From: Candidatus Latescibacterota bacterium
GTDB lineage: Bacteria > Latescibacterota > UBA2968 > UBA8231
NCBI GenBank assembly: GCA_965243025.1
Contig: CBDETY010000003.1
Coordinates: forward strand, 1,888,001-1,952,000
Direction of reading: 5' to 3'
Length of the DNA stretch: 64,000 nucleotides
The notes under the pieces were generated by a model. That model saw only the letters and a program-made list of their open reading frames with translations. It did no database searches and was not told the origin of the DNA. Made by a program: the position numbers and the translations under genes. Shown in pieces: positions 49,251-57,556 of the stretch; the stretch's first letter is position 1, and every line of letters begins with the position of its first letter.

Positions 49251-51383
49251 ATGGGAAAGCAGATAGCCTCCCCCCACCGCGAGCACCTCGAATCGCGGTC
49301 CGAGCCGGTCCAGTCCGGGCACCACCTCACCTGGCGTGGATTCTGGGTCGGGAGCTTTCTCAGCTTTTTCCTGGCGATCGGGGCGCCCTACGGCAACATG
49401 ATCCTGAAGGGCGACTACCTCGCCCTCGACATCAGCACCCCGGGCGCCATTTTTCTCTTCCTCCTGCTGATCGGGCTGCTCAACTTCCTCTTCAAGCTCG
49501 CTGCCCGCGGCAGGGGCACCGCCCTGGTTTTCGCCCTGGGTGCCGTCGCGGCCTGGTTCCTCGTCTACTGGCCCCCGACCGGCCTCGACCCGCTTTCCCC
49601 CGGGCTGATCTTCTCGACCTTCCTGCTGGTCTGCGCCCTGGCGAACCTGCCGGTGACCTGGGCCGGCCGCAGCCTCGCCCTCAACCGGGGAGAGCTGATC
49701 ATGGTCTACGCCATGCTGGCGATGGTCTCGGCCGTCTGCACCATGGGCCTGATCGAGCAGCTCCTGCCCACCCTGACCGCCATCTTCTATTACGCCTCCC
49801 CCGAGAACCAGTGGCGGGAGAAGCTCTTCCCCGTCTTCCCCGAGCGGAACGTCCTCGTCGACGACGGGGCGGGCAACGCCGCTTTCTTCGAGGGTGTCTC
49901 CAGACCCGGGCAGGAGATTCCCTACGGCGCCTGGGCCGAGCCGCTGGCCTGGTGGGCGGTGTTCCTGCTCGCCCTCTACGTCTGCACCATCTCGATGGCG
50001 GTGATCCTGCGGCGCCAGTGGATGGAGCGGGAGCGGCTGGCCTATCCCATCGCCCAGGCAGGCCTGGCCATGATCCGCGGCGAGGAGGCCGGCAGCCTGG
50101 TCAACAGCTTCTTCAGGCAGCCCATGGTGCTGATCGGCATGGCCGTCCCTTTCATCGCAGGCGGCATAAGGGGCCTGTCCCACTACTTCCCCTCGATTTC
50201 CCTGCCGGCGCTGTCGGTTCCCCTGCCGTTCACGAGCGGCAACGTCAACTACGCCCTCGTCGGGTTCTCCTACCTGATCGACACGAGGATATCGGCCGGC
50301 GTCTGGGTGTTCTTCCTGCTGGCCAGGCTCGAGAAGGCCGCCCTCAGGCTCTGGGGCATCAAGTCGGACCAGGTGCATTTCCACGGGGTGAGCGACTCCC
50401 CCCTGGTCGGGTACCAGGGCCTCGGCGCCCTGCTCGTGCTCGTGCTGGCGGGGCTGTGGACCGGCCGCGAGCACCTGAAAGCGGTCTGGAACAAGGCCCT
50501 GGGCCGGGCGACTGACGTCGACGACAGCGACGAGATCCTCCCCTACCGCGGCGCCGTGGCCGGGACCCTCGGCGGGGCCGCGGTCATGACCGCCTGGCTG
50601 GCGATCATGGGGACGCCGTTGTGGGTCTCGTTTGTCTTCGTCGTCACCGCCCTGCTGATCTTCACCGGGGTTTCGCGGATAATAGCCGAGGCCGGGCTCG
50701 CGACCCTGCGGGCCCCGGTCAACGCCCCGGACTTCGTCGTCATGGGGCTGGGGTCGGCCCTGGTCGGCCCCACCGGAGTGTTAAACCTCTCCCTCGCCTA
50801 CATCTGGGGCTCGGAGGTGCGCGCCTTCGCCATGGCGACCTGCACCAACGCCCTCAAGCTGATCGAGGAGATGGATTCCTCCGCCCGCCGGCTGGTCTCG
50901 CGCGCCCTCCTCCTCGCCCTGCTGATCGGGGCCTTGGGCTCCTTCTGGATGACCTTCCACATGGCCTACCGCCACGGCGGCGTCAATCTCGACGGGTGGT
51001 TCTTCAAGGCCGGACCGGGAGTGGCCTACGACCACGCGGCGAGGAACCTCGAGCCGGCGGGAATCTACTGGCCCGGAATGGGCTTCCTCCTGGGCGGGGG
51101 CGGCGCCATGGCCCTGCTGATGCTGGCCCGGCAGCGCCTCTCCTGGTGGCCGCTGCATCCGGTCGGCTTTCCGGTGGCGGCGACCAACCTGATGAATGGG
51201 GTGGTCACCAGCGTCTTCCTCGCCTGGACGGCCAAGGTTCTCGTCCTCAGGTTCGGTGGCGCCTCGGGGTACCGCCGCAGCCGGGGTCTGTTTCTCGGGA
51301 TGATCGCCGGCCAGATGCTCGCCATCGGCCTCTGGCTCGTCGTCGGCTACTTCACCGGCGCGGTGGGAAACCGGGTCTTTTGA
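49251..51383 (+). CDS. Polytopic membrane protein (DUF6785/DUF6784-like, putative transporter)
   Basis: Many TM helices; LRRQWMERERLAYPI, RIIAEAG, WWPLHPVG, LRFGG motifs. Confidence 0.75.
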   Translation: MGKQIASPHREHLESRSEPVQSGHHLTWRGFWVGSFLSFFLAIGAPYGNMILKGDYLALDISTPGAIFLFLLLIGLLNFLFKLAARGRGTALVFALGAVAAWFLVYWPPTGLDPLSPGLIFSTFLLVCALANLPVTWAGRSLALNRGELIMVYAMLAMVSAVCTMGLIEQLLPTLTAIFYYASPENQWREKLFPVFPERNVLVDDGAGNAAFFEGVSRPGQEIPYGAWAEPLAWWAVFLLALYVCTISMAVILRRQWMERERLAYPIAQAGLAMIRGEEAGSLVNSFFRQPMVLIGMAVPFIAGGIRGLSHYFPSISLPALSVPLPFTSGNVNYALVGFSYLIDTRISAGVWVFFLLARLEKAALRLWGIKSDQVHFHGVSDSPLVGYQGLGALLVLVLAGLWTGREHLKAVWNKALGRATDVDDSDEILPYRGAVAGTLGGAAVMTAWLAIMGTPLWVSFVFVVTALLIFTGVSRIIAEAGLATLRAPVNAPDFVVMGLGSALVGPTGVLNLSLAYIWGSEVRAFAMATCTNALKLIEEMDSSARRLVSRALLLALLIGALGSFWMTFHMAYRHGGVNLDGWFFKAGPGVAYDHAARNLEPAGIYWPGMGFLLGGGGAMALLMLARQRLSWWPLHPVGFPVAATNLMNGVVTSVFLAWTAKVLVLRFGGASGYRRSRGLFLGMIAGQMLAIGLWLVVGYFTGAVGNRVF

Positions 51384-51409
51384 CGGAACCGGGGGACCTG
51401 CCCCGGGCC

Positions 51410-53106
51410 TCACCGGGGAAACGCCAGCGTCGGCCGCCTGACTAAGCGCCTCATCCCCAGTTCCAGGCGAATGCGCATGCCGGGAGGCAGGCCGATCTCG
51501 ACTGTCGACCCGTTGACCGCGATCCCCTGCCGGTCACCGTCGGCCGCGGCTTCGGTGAACTCGTGCTCCCGCATTCCTCCGGCCTGGACCAGCACCCGTC
51601 GATGCTCCCCCCCGAGGTTCACCAGGGTCACATCGGTCCTGTCCGCAGTCATTCCCGACACGAGCGCGGCCACGCCGGGAGGCAGGCCCGGACGCCGGCG
51701 CTGCGCGTCGAAGTGGCGCAGCCGCGAAACCAGCAGGCCCCCGTTGTAGTGAGGCAGCGGCGCCCCGAGGGTGAGCTGCACCAGGCCCTCGCAGGTGACG
51801 GGGTTGCGGCGCTGGAAATAGGCGTCCGAGTACTGCGCCGGATCCTCCTCGTCCTGCTCCATGAACTCCAGGCGCGCCCGCACCTGGGAGAGGTTGTGCT
51901 CGAGAATCCGCTCGGGATACCCGTCGAAATCCCCGTGCAGCCAGGCCAGCCACCCCCAGTCGTGCCCCCCCTGGTCCTTGGTGTGGTGCCAGGAGTCGAG
52001 GGCGAACGGGTCGCCGCTCCTCCTGCGGGTCCGCTCGAACCGCTGCGTATCCCCCGGGCTCATCGACATGCACCAGAGATGGGCGATGTCGGACGGATAC
52101 ATCGGCATGAACTCGAACCAGCCGTCCCGCTGCAGGGCGGTGCCGTCCTCGTTCCGGATCGGGTACTGCATCCAGGCCCCCGGCTCGAAGGAGACTCTGC
52201 CAGGGTCGTCGTACTTGTGGGGCACGTAGAGCTGGTCGTCCCGCTCGATGCCGCGCGCGATCAGTTGGTCGATCTGCGACCTCGGGAAATCCATGTACCC
52301 GAGGTCTCCCGTGAGCAGGGCGGCGTTCTGGGCCGCCACCCCGACAGCCTGCCCGACGCTGTGCCACCCGTGGGGCCAGGCCCAGCCGTAGCTCGCCCCG
52401 TACCACTTGCCGTCGATGTGCTCGCCGACCTCTCCGGACAGGCCGACGTTGTCGGGGACAATGCCGCCGTTGGCCGCGGCGCGCTCGATCCATGCCCCGG
52501 TGTACTCCAGGACCCACTCGCGGTACTTCTCCTCACCCGTCAGCAGGAAGGCGTTGGCGGCAAGGCCGGTCGCCAGAAGGTTTACGACCGCATCCCCCCG
52601 GCCCTGGCGGTCCCGCATCGCCCGGCCGAGCCGCTCCGGAAGCGCCGGATCCCCGCTCACCGCCTCGTGGCTGGTGCATCCCGGCACGTCGTAGAAGGGC
52701 AGGTTGTACCCCTGCCAGGGCCAGTAGGGGCTGTCCTCGAAGGTCGAGAAGGCCGGTCCCATGCTGCCGTTCCGGGCGCAGCGGATGATTCGCTTTTCCC
52801 GGTCGTAGTTGGGGGCCTCCGGATCCTCGCCGAGGAACAGCCCGGCGAAGCGGCGGGCGCGCTCGAGGTTGGCGGCGTTGCCCGGGTCGGCGGCGCAGAG
52901 CATGTAGAACAGGTGGTTCCCCTCCCCCTGGTGGAACCAGTCGTACCCCGGCTGGTACTCCTTGACCACCATGGGGTAGCCGTAACCGCTGCCGTGGCGG
53001 CTCATGGTCCCGGTGACGGCCTCGAACCCCCGCCGGCCGTCGGTCAGGAAGCGGTCGCTGCCGCCGAGCAGGTAGAAGAGCGGCCAGTTGTGGAAGCTCT
53101 CGTAGC
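51410..53106 (-). pseudogene. 5'-truncated conserved hypothetical gene (alpha-helical barrel-like), interrupted by an IS end
   Basis: Host-like codons end abruptly at YESFHNWPLFYLLGG, directly abutting the inverted repeat at 53107; the called TTG start lies inside the IS. Confidence 0.7.
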
Positions 53107-53171
53107 GGGAATTATACAGATAACTGCGCAAGGGAATTTAAGTGATCTCATCCGCGAATTTAAAGAAAATC

Positions 53172-53180
53172 TGGTATAAT
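53172..53180 (+). promoter_or_regulatory. Extended -10 promoter facing into the element
   Basis: TGGTATAAT in an A/T-rich context. Confidence 0.6.
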
Positions 53181-53301
53181 TTAGTAGAGAAATTGCAGAG
53201 AAACGGACATCCTTCGTCCCACTGTTTAGCTGTGGGATGGGGGATGTCGACTGGCTGGCAATTCCACATGATTGCCTGCTGACCCGGAAACCTGCCAGAA
53301 T

Positions 53302-53668
53302 GGCACCCTGAATCGGAAGCCCACTCTGATCGAGGAAGGGATGCGCGAGCCCCCTGGGCCTGCAAAGCCGTCGTCGCCGTGGTGAGGAGGAGATCATTTC
53401 GTTTGGTCGACAAGATGGCAGGGCAAGCTGGATCTCTTGCCTGATCTGAGTCGGCGACTCGCAGCGGCATATCATGGCGTTCTCAAAGTCAGGCAGTCTG
53501 CATCCTGCGATCTATCCGGACTCGCAGGTACCTCCCCCTGAAGTCGGCACCGTGGATCGAAAGGCCGCTTTCTGATGGAGGAGAGGATGCGCGATTGCCC
53601 CCTGGGTCTACAAAGCCGTCGTCGCCGAGGTGAGGAAGAAGTCATCCCGTTTGGTCGACAAGATGGCA
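53302..53668 (+). repeat. Imperfect direct repeat, two ~120-bp copies (53302-53420, 53546-53668)
   Basis: Shared blocks GGATGCGCGA, GCCCCCTGGG, CAAAGCCGTCGTCGCCG, GGTGAGGA, CGTTTGGTCGACAAGATGGCA. Confidence 0.9.
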
Positions 53669-53847
53669 AGCAGGGTGACTGAGGATTCCTCGGGTGCAGC
53701 CTGAGCTCCAGGCGTAACAGGGGAGGCAGCCGGCAGGGATGTCGCCTTGCCGACCATTCGGCATGATTCGCCGCTTCCCTCCACCAGATGAGCATCGATT
53801 CAGTTCCGCCGGCGATGCGGAAGACGGCAGGCACCGGCAGCGGGATG

Positions 53848-54864
53848 TCATCTTCCTGGCCATCCGAACAGTTTCGCCCTTTCCTTCGACCGGTGATGAG
53901 TGTAGGGAACCGGAGGAACCTCCGTCGCCAGCAGATCCCGGTAGGTCAGCCGTTTCCTCATCATCCGCGCCGTCAGATACCTTATCCGCTCCTCGGGGTC
54001 CAGGTTGCGGATGTTGTGCTTGCCTGTGATCTCCTTGAGGTATCGGGGCAGATACTTGGGAGACACGTGGTGGTGGGTCCCGTATATCGTTCGCTTCGCC
54101 TTGGCCCAGAACGATTCCATGCCGTTCGTATGGACCTCCCCTCTGACGTATTCCTCCTTGTGGTTGACGGTGTCGTGTCTTCCCGGCCATTCGAAACCAT
54201 CGCCAAAGGTCGGGGCATTGTCGCTGAAAAGGGCGCCCTCCGGGCGTACGTTTTCCTCGGCGAAGGGGAACACGGTCTCGCGTGTCTCATCAGGGACCAC
54301 CTTGGAGGCCACGTCGCCGGTTTCCCGGCAGCGCACTCCGCTCACGGGGGTACTGCCAAACCTCCATTTCCAGTGAAACTTCTTGTCGGCGTGCCTGTTT
54401 TTATCGTCTCCGGCGAACCAGGCTTGATCTATCTCGGCCATGCTGCTGCGTAGCGGTTCGGGATCCGGCCAGGCTTCCCGGAGGCGGTGCAGCATGAACA
54501 AGGCCGACGAATACGCAAGGTCGAGGTCGCTCGCAAGCTGCCTGGCGCTGATTCCCTTCGGTCTGGATTCGTACAGGTGGACGCCGATGGCCCATTTTCG
54601 CAAGGGGATCTTGGAGTGGGACATTCCCCCTTCCGTGCGCACGCTGAAGCGCTTTCGACAGCCGCCGCACCAGTAGGGCATGGGCTTGCGGCCGGGGCAT
54701 TCCGATACCCTGTCGGAGCGGCCGCAGCGCGGGCAGTATATGAATTCGGGAAGGCCGTCTACGGTCTTCCCCCATCTTTTCTCTTCGAACCATTTTTCTG
54801 CGGTTGCGTCATCTGGAAACATGCTGAACAAATCAATTAACGAGATGCTTTTACCATTACTCAT
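53848..54864 (-). CDS. IS1595 family (ISXO2-like) DDE transposase
   Basis: FPDDATAEKWFEEKRW, CPRCG...CGGCRKRFSVRT zinc ribbon, EID, FSD, HTNGMESFW, HHVSPKYL.RY. Confidence 0.95.
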   Translation of the reverse strand: MSNGKSISLIDLFSMFPDDATAEKWFEEKRWGKTVDGLPEFIYCPRCGRSDRVSECPGRKPMPYWCGGCRKRFSVRTEGGMSHSKIPLRKWAIGVHLYESRPKGISARQLASDLDLAYSSALFMLHRLREAWPDPEPLRSSMAEIDQAWFAGDDKNRHADKKFHWKWRFGSTPVSGVRCRETGDVASKVVPDETRETVFPFAEENVRPEGALFSDNAPTFGDGFEWPGRHDTVNHKEEYVRGEVHTNGMESFWAKAKRTIYGTHHHVSPKYLPRYLKEITGKHNIRNLDPEERIRYLTARMMRKRLTYRDLLATEVPPVPYTHHRSKERAKLFGWPGR

Positions 54865-55622
54865 CCTTACTGACCTTCGGGCCGTGGAATACCGAACTGG
54901 AGACCTGCGGCCCTTACCAAAAACGATGTGATTCACGCTCCCATGGCTGTCCTTTCGGTTTCAGTGGGATGTGACTCTGCCGGCGTGGCACCGACAGAAG
55001 GGACTGGGGAAGCGGCAGCGGATGCTGCCTTTCCCCGCGATCTATATGCCCTACAGTGTACCTGGATGGACTTAAAAAGCAAATCGCATTCGAGAGATTC
55101 CGATAAAATCTCGTAATGGCGGCGGGAAACTTTGGTTTTATTGGAGCGGGCAGAGGGCGGCAAGGACTGGGGGAGCCGAGATGTCCGCGGGAGGTGCAGG
55201 AATGCCCGATTTCAAGGGAGTTGGAGCCGGGGTGCAGCGATCCTCCGACGCAATCGGCGAAACGGAGTCGCGCTGCGATTCCAAGGCAGAAAAGACCCGG
55301 TCTCTGGATAATCGAGAGGACGCAGAGGGAGGGCTTTCGGAGGCCCCGGCTACCTCGGGGTTCCGGGCGATTCGGGAACGGTCGAGGTGCCGGCTACGCG
55401 GAACTGCGAGGGGAAGGAAGCCCGAACCTGGCGAACCGGCAGGCCATGAGTGCCCTGGCATGGTTTTTGCAGGACTTCGCTTTGAAAGGGGAGTATTCTC
55501 CGAAGGAGAGTACTAACGGGAGGCAACGGCCAACGGGGGTACTTGTCCCTCCACCGATGAGGAAACGCCGAACGTCCTTGCGGGTTGCTCTGTTTTCTCG
55601 TCTGTTGTCCTTCCGGATGCCC

Positions 55623-55730
55623 TTATGGACTTTGGTCGTTTTTCTGATCGGAGTGGGCAAACATACGCCATATGAGCGTAGCGGTGGCCACCACTATGGC
55701 GAGGGCGGCTATCCAGATTTCAGCAGTCAT
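55623..55730 (-). CDS. Small single-TM protein (35 aa; possibly frameshifted longer gene)
   Basis: Manual translation MTAEIWIAALAIVVATATLIWRMFAHSDQKNDQSP, starting 25 nt after the NYN stop. Confidence 0.5.
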   Translation of the reverse strand: MTAEIWIAALAIVVATATLIWRMFAHSDQKNDQSP

Positions 55731-55754
55731 GCCGGTAGTAGCGGATTCTGAAAC

Positions 55755-56555
55755 TCAGCTCGTCCCCCACAGCTCGGGCCGGAACTCCACGGCCTTGACC
55801 GCCTTTACCTGACCGTCCTCTTCGGCTTTGGCCAGTTCGAACTCGATCATGGTGCCGCGCGTCTTGAACTGGGCGAACTGGGCGTTGGTTACGGGCCCGC
55901 CCTTGGCGGTCTGCAGGTCGGAGATGTGCAGGAAGACATCCTCGCGCACGCTGTCAAACTCCGTGCCGGTCCGCACCGTGAGGAAACCGAACCCCTTTTC
56001 CTCGTTGACCATGTGCAGGATCCCCCTGGCGCGCCGGTCGGAGCCGCGGTCGTCTGGAAGGATCCCTGGCACCAGGTAGCCGGAGAAGTGGTTATCCACT
56101 TCTTGGCGCAGCTCTCTGCTGGTGTTCATGAACGACAGCAGATCGACCCGCTTGCCCCTGTTCTGCAATGCCCGCACCAGGCGCACGAAGTCGCCGTCGC
56201 CGCTGCCGAGCAGCACGTAGTCGAGGTTGGCCGACTGCAGCAGGGCGTCAACGGCCAGCTCGAGGTCGGCGTTGGCCTTGGTGATGACCTGGCCCTCCGA
56301 ATCACGGTACTGCTTCACCTCCTTGAGCACGAGGTGGTACCCTTCCCGCCGCAACCGGGTGCGGTAATCCTCTCTTCGCTGCTGGTACTCGGCGTCCGCG
56401 CTTTCGCGCTCGCTGTTGATCGCCATGTAGGCGTTTGCCCGCAGGACCATCCCCCCTTGGCCCTTGACCAGTTCCCTGACTTGGCGGGACCGGAGGGCGT
56501 AGCCACCGCAGCGGCTCAGGTTGTCCATGTCGAGAAAAATACCGGCTTTCAGCAT
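55755..56555 (-). CDS. NYN (LabA/DUF88, PIN-like) domain protein with C-terminal cold-shock domain
   Basis: IFLDMDN, KANADLELAVD, LGSGDGDFVRLV, TSRELR; then EEKGFGFL...DVFLHISD (RNP1/RNP2); AGGA RBS. Confidence 0.92.
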   Translation of the reverse strand: MLKAGIFLDMDNLSRCGGYALRSRQVRELVKGQGGMVLRANAYMAINSERESADAEYQQRREDYRTRLRREGYHLVLKEVKQYRDSEGQVITKANADLELAVDALLQSANLDYVLLGSGDGDFVRLVRALQNRGKRVDLLSFMNTSRELRQEVDNHFSGYLVPGILPDDRGSDRRARGILHMVNEEKGFGFLTVRTGTEFDSVREDVFLHISDLQTAKGGPVTNAQFAQFKTRGTMIEFELAKAEEDGQVKAVKAVEFRPELWGTS

Positions 56556-56675
56556 TGCTACTTTCCTATTACGATTTCGAAATGGATTATGTGAATTACC
56601 ACCCTCAGTCGCTCCACTGCAACCGTCCTTCCAGCCCTCCGAGCAGAACAACGGATTACCTAACCACGGACACAG

Positions 56676-56712
56676 AAAAGCCGCATCCCGCTGCTCTGGG
56701 ACACGGCCTTTT
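56676..56712 (-). terminator. Intrinsic terminator (possibly bidirectional)
   Basis: Minus strand AAAAGGCCGTGTCCC-AGAGCAGC-GGGATGCGGCTTTT. Confidence 0.7.
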
Positions 56713-56850
56713 GGCTCCTCGATAACTGTCGTGATCTCAGGAAATGGTCAGTTATTTTCTGTCAAAGTCTACGACGGTTGCCTGTGTTCTGTAATTGGGG
56801 TGTGATGTTCGTCCAATTCGAGAAACTATCAACGGTGGTCTCGTCCAGTT

Positions 56851-56931
56851 TTAGTCTTCTTCTCGAAGCATCTCAGCGATGCCTTCAAGCACAGAAGCGG
56901 CTATTTTCTTGGCGAGTTTCTCCCAATTCAT
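56851..56931 (-). CDS. 26-aa amphipathic helical peptide
   Basis: Manual translation MNWEKLAKKIAASVLEGIAEMLREED; AGGAG 8 nt upstream of ATG. Confidence 0.6.
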   Translation of the reverse strand: MNWEKLAKKIAASVLEGIAEMLREED

Positions 56932-57021
56932 TGGGCACTCTCCTATTATGGAATGTTGTCCCTGCGAAGGTCTTTCCTTCAATGGGTGTCATGGGGTAGT
57001 CGTATCTCCTTGTCTGGTGAA

Positions 57022-57160
57022 GCATGTTATCCCCTGCGAAGGTCGATCCTTCTGCGGGGAAAGGAGCAGGATAACATGCGGTAGCCATATTGATATGTCA
57101 ACCCCAAAACCTCAGGGTATGTCCTGTAATCCAGAAATGGTTACAGGCATGCCTTGGGGT
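57022..57160 (+). ncRNA. Candidate structured small RNA (two long hairpins)
   Basis: GCATGTTATCC/GGATAACATGC stem (57022-57079) and a ~23-bp stem with three G-U pairs closed by CCA-GAAA-TGG (57109-57160). Confidence 0.45.
57073..57101 (-). promoter_or_regulatory. Putative sigma70 promoter for the small-peptide transcript
   Basis: Minus strand TTGACA-17 nt-CATGTT. Confidence 0.45.
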
Positions 57161-57349
57161 GCATATTTGAGCAGGTTGGTTAGGATCGTATATAATTCCC
57201 TAAAAGAATCCATCCGGGAGATACCCGGCGAATGGCGAGGACCAAGGGAAAGATGGTAGACCCGCAGGGTGCGCGTCGTGTGCGCGCACCCTGAGCGAAG
57301 TCGTTTTCGGTCAACGAGGCGGGGAAAAGAGTGCCTTTGATGAGGATGA

Positions 57350-57526
57350 AAGCAGCCATCGGATTCCTCATCGGGCTGGCATGCGAGTCGGGGGTCCCGG
57401 CCGAGGTGGCGGAGGACCTGCCTCGCCCATGTGCCGCGGAGCCAAGTCGTTCAGGCGTATCAGCGATCCGACCTGATGGCGCGCCGCAAGCAAGTGCTAC
57501 AGGCATGGAACGACTACATTCTGTAG
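57350..57526 (+). pseudogene. C-terminal remnant of a P4-like (IntA) tyrosine integrase
   Basis: ESGVPAEVAE / frameshift / CLAHVPRSQVVQAYQRSDLMARRKQVLQAWNDYIL*, matching the LAH...AY.RSDL...R..LMQ.W.DY consensus. Confidence 0.8.
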
Positions 57527-57556
57527 CGGCTTCGCGTTAGTCTCAACCCGTCAACG

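Larger units (their letters stand above)
53107..57200 (-). mobile_element. IS1595-family cargo-carrying element (~4.1 kb)
   Basis: Inverted termini GGGAATTATA (53107-53116) and TATAATTCCC (57191-57200) enclosing an IS1595 transposase; composition shift at both ends; no target duplication. Confidence 0.7.

Noticed and set aside
53302-53849. CRISPR array interpretation of the repeats
   Set aside because: Only two diverged copies of each repeat, wrong lengths, and no cas genes in the window
53099-57208. Target-site duplication around the IS1595 element
   Set aside because: Flanks CTCGTAGC and TAAAAGAA do not match
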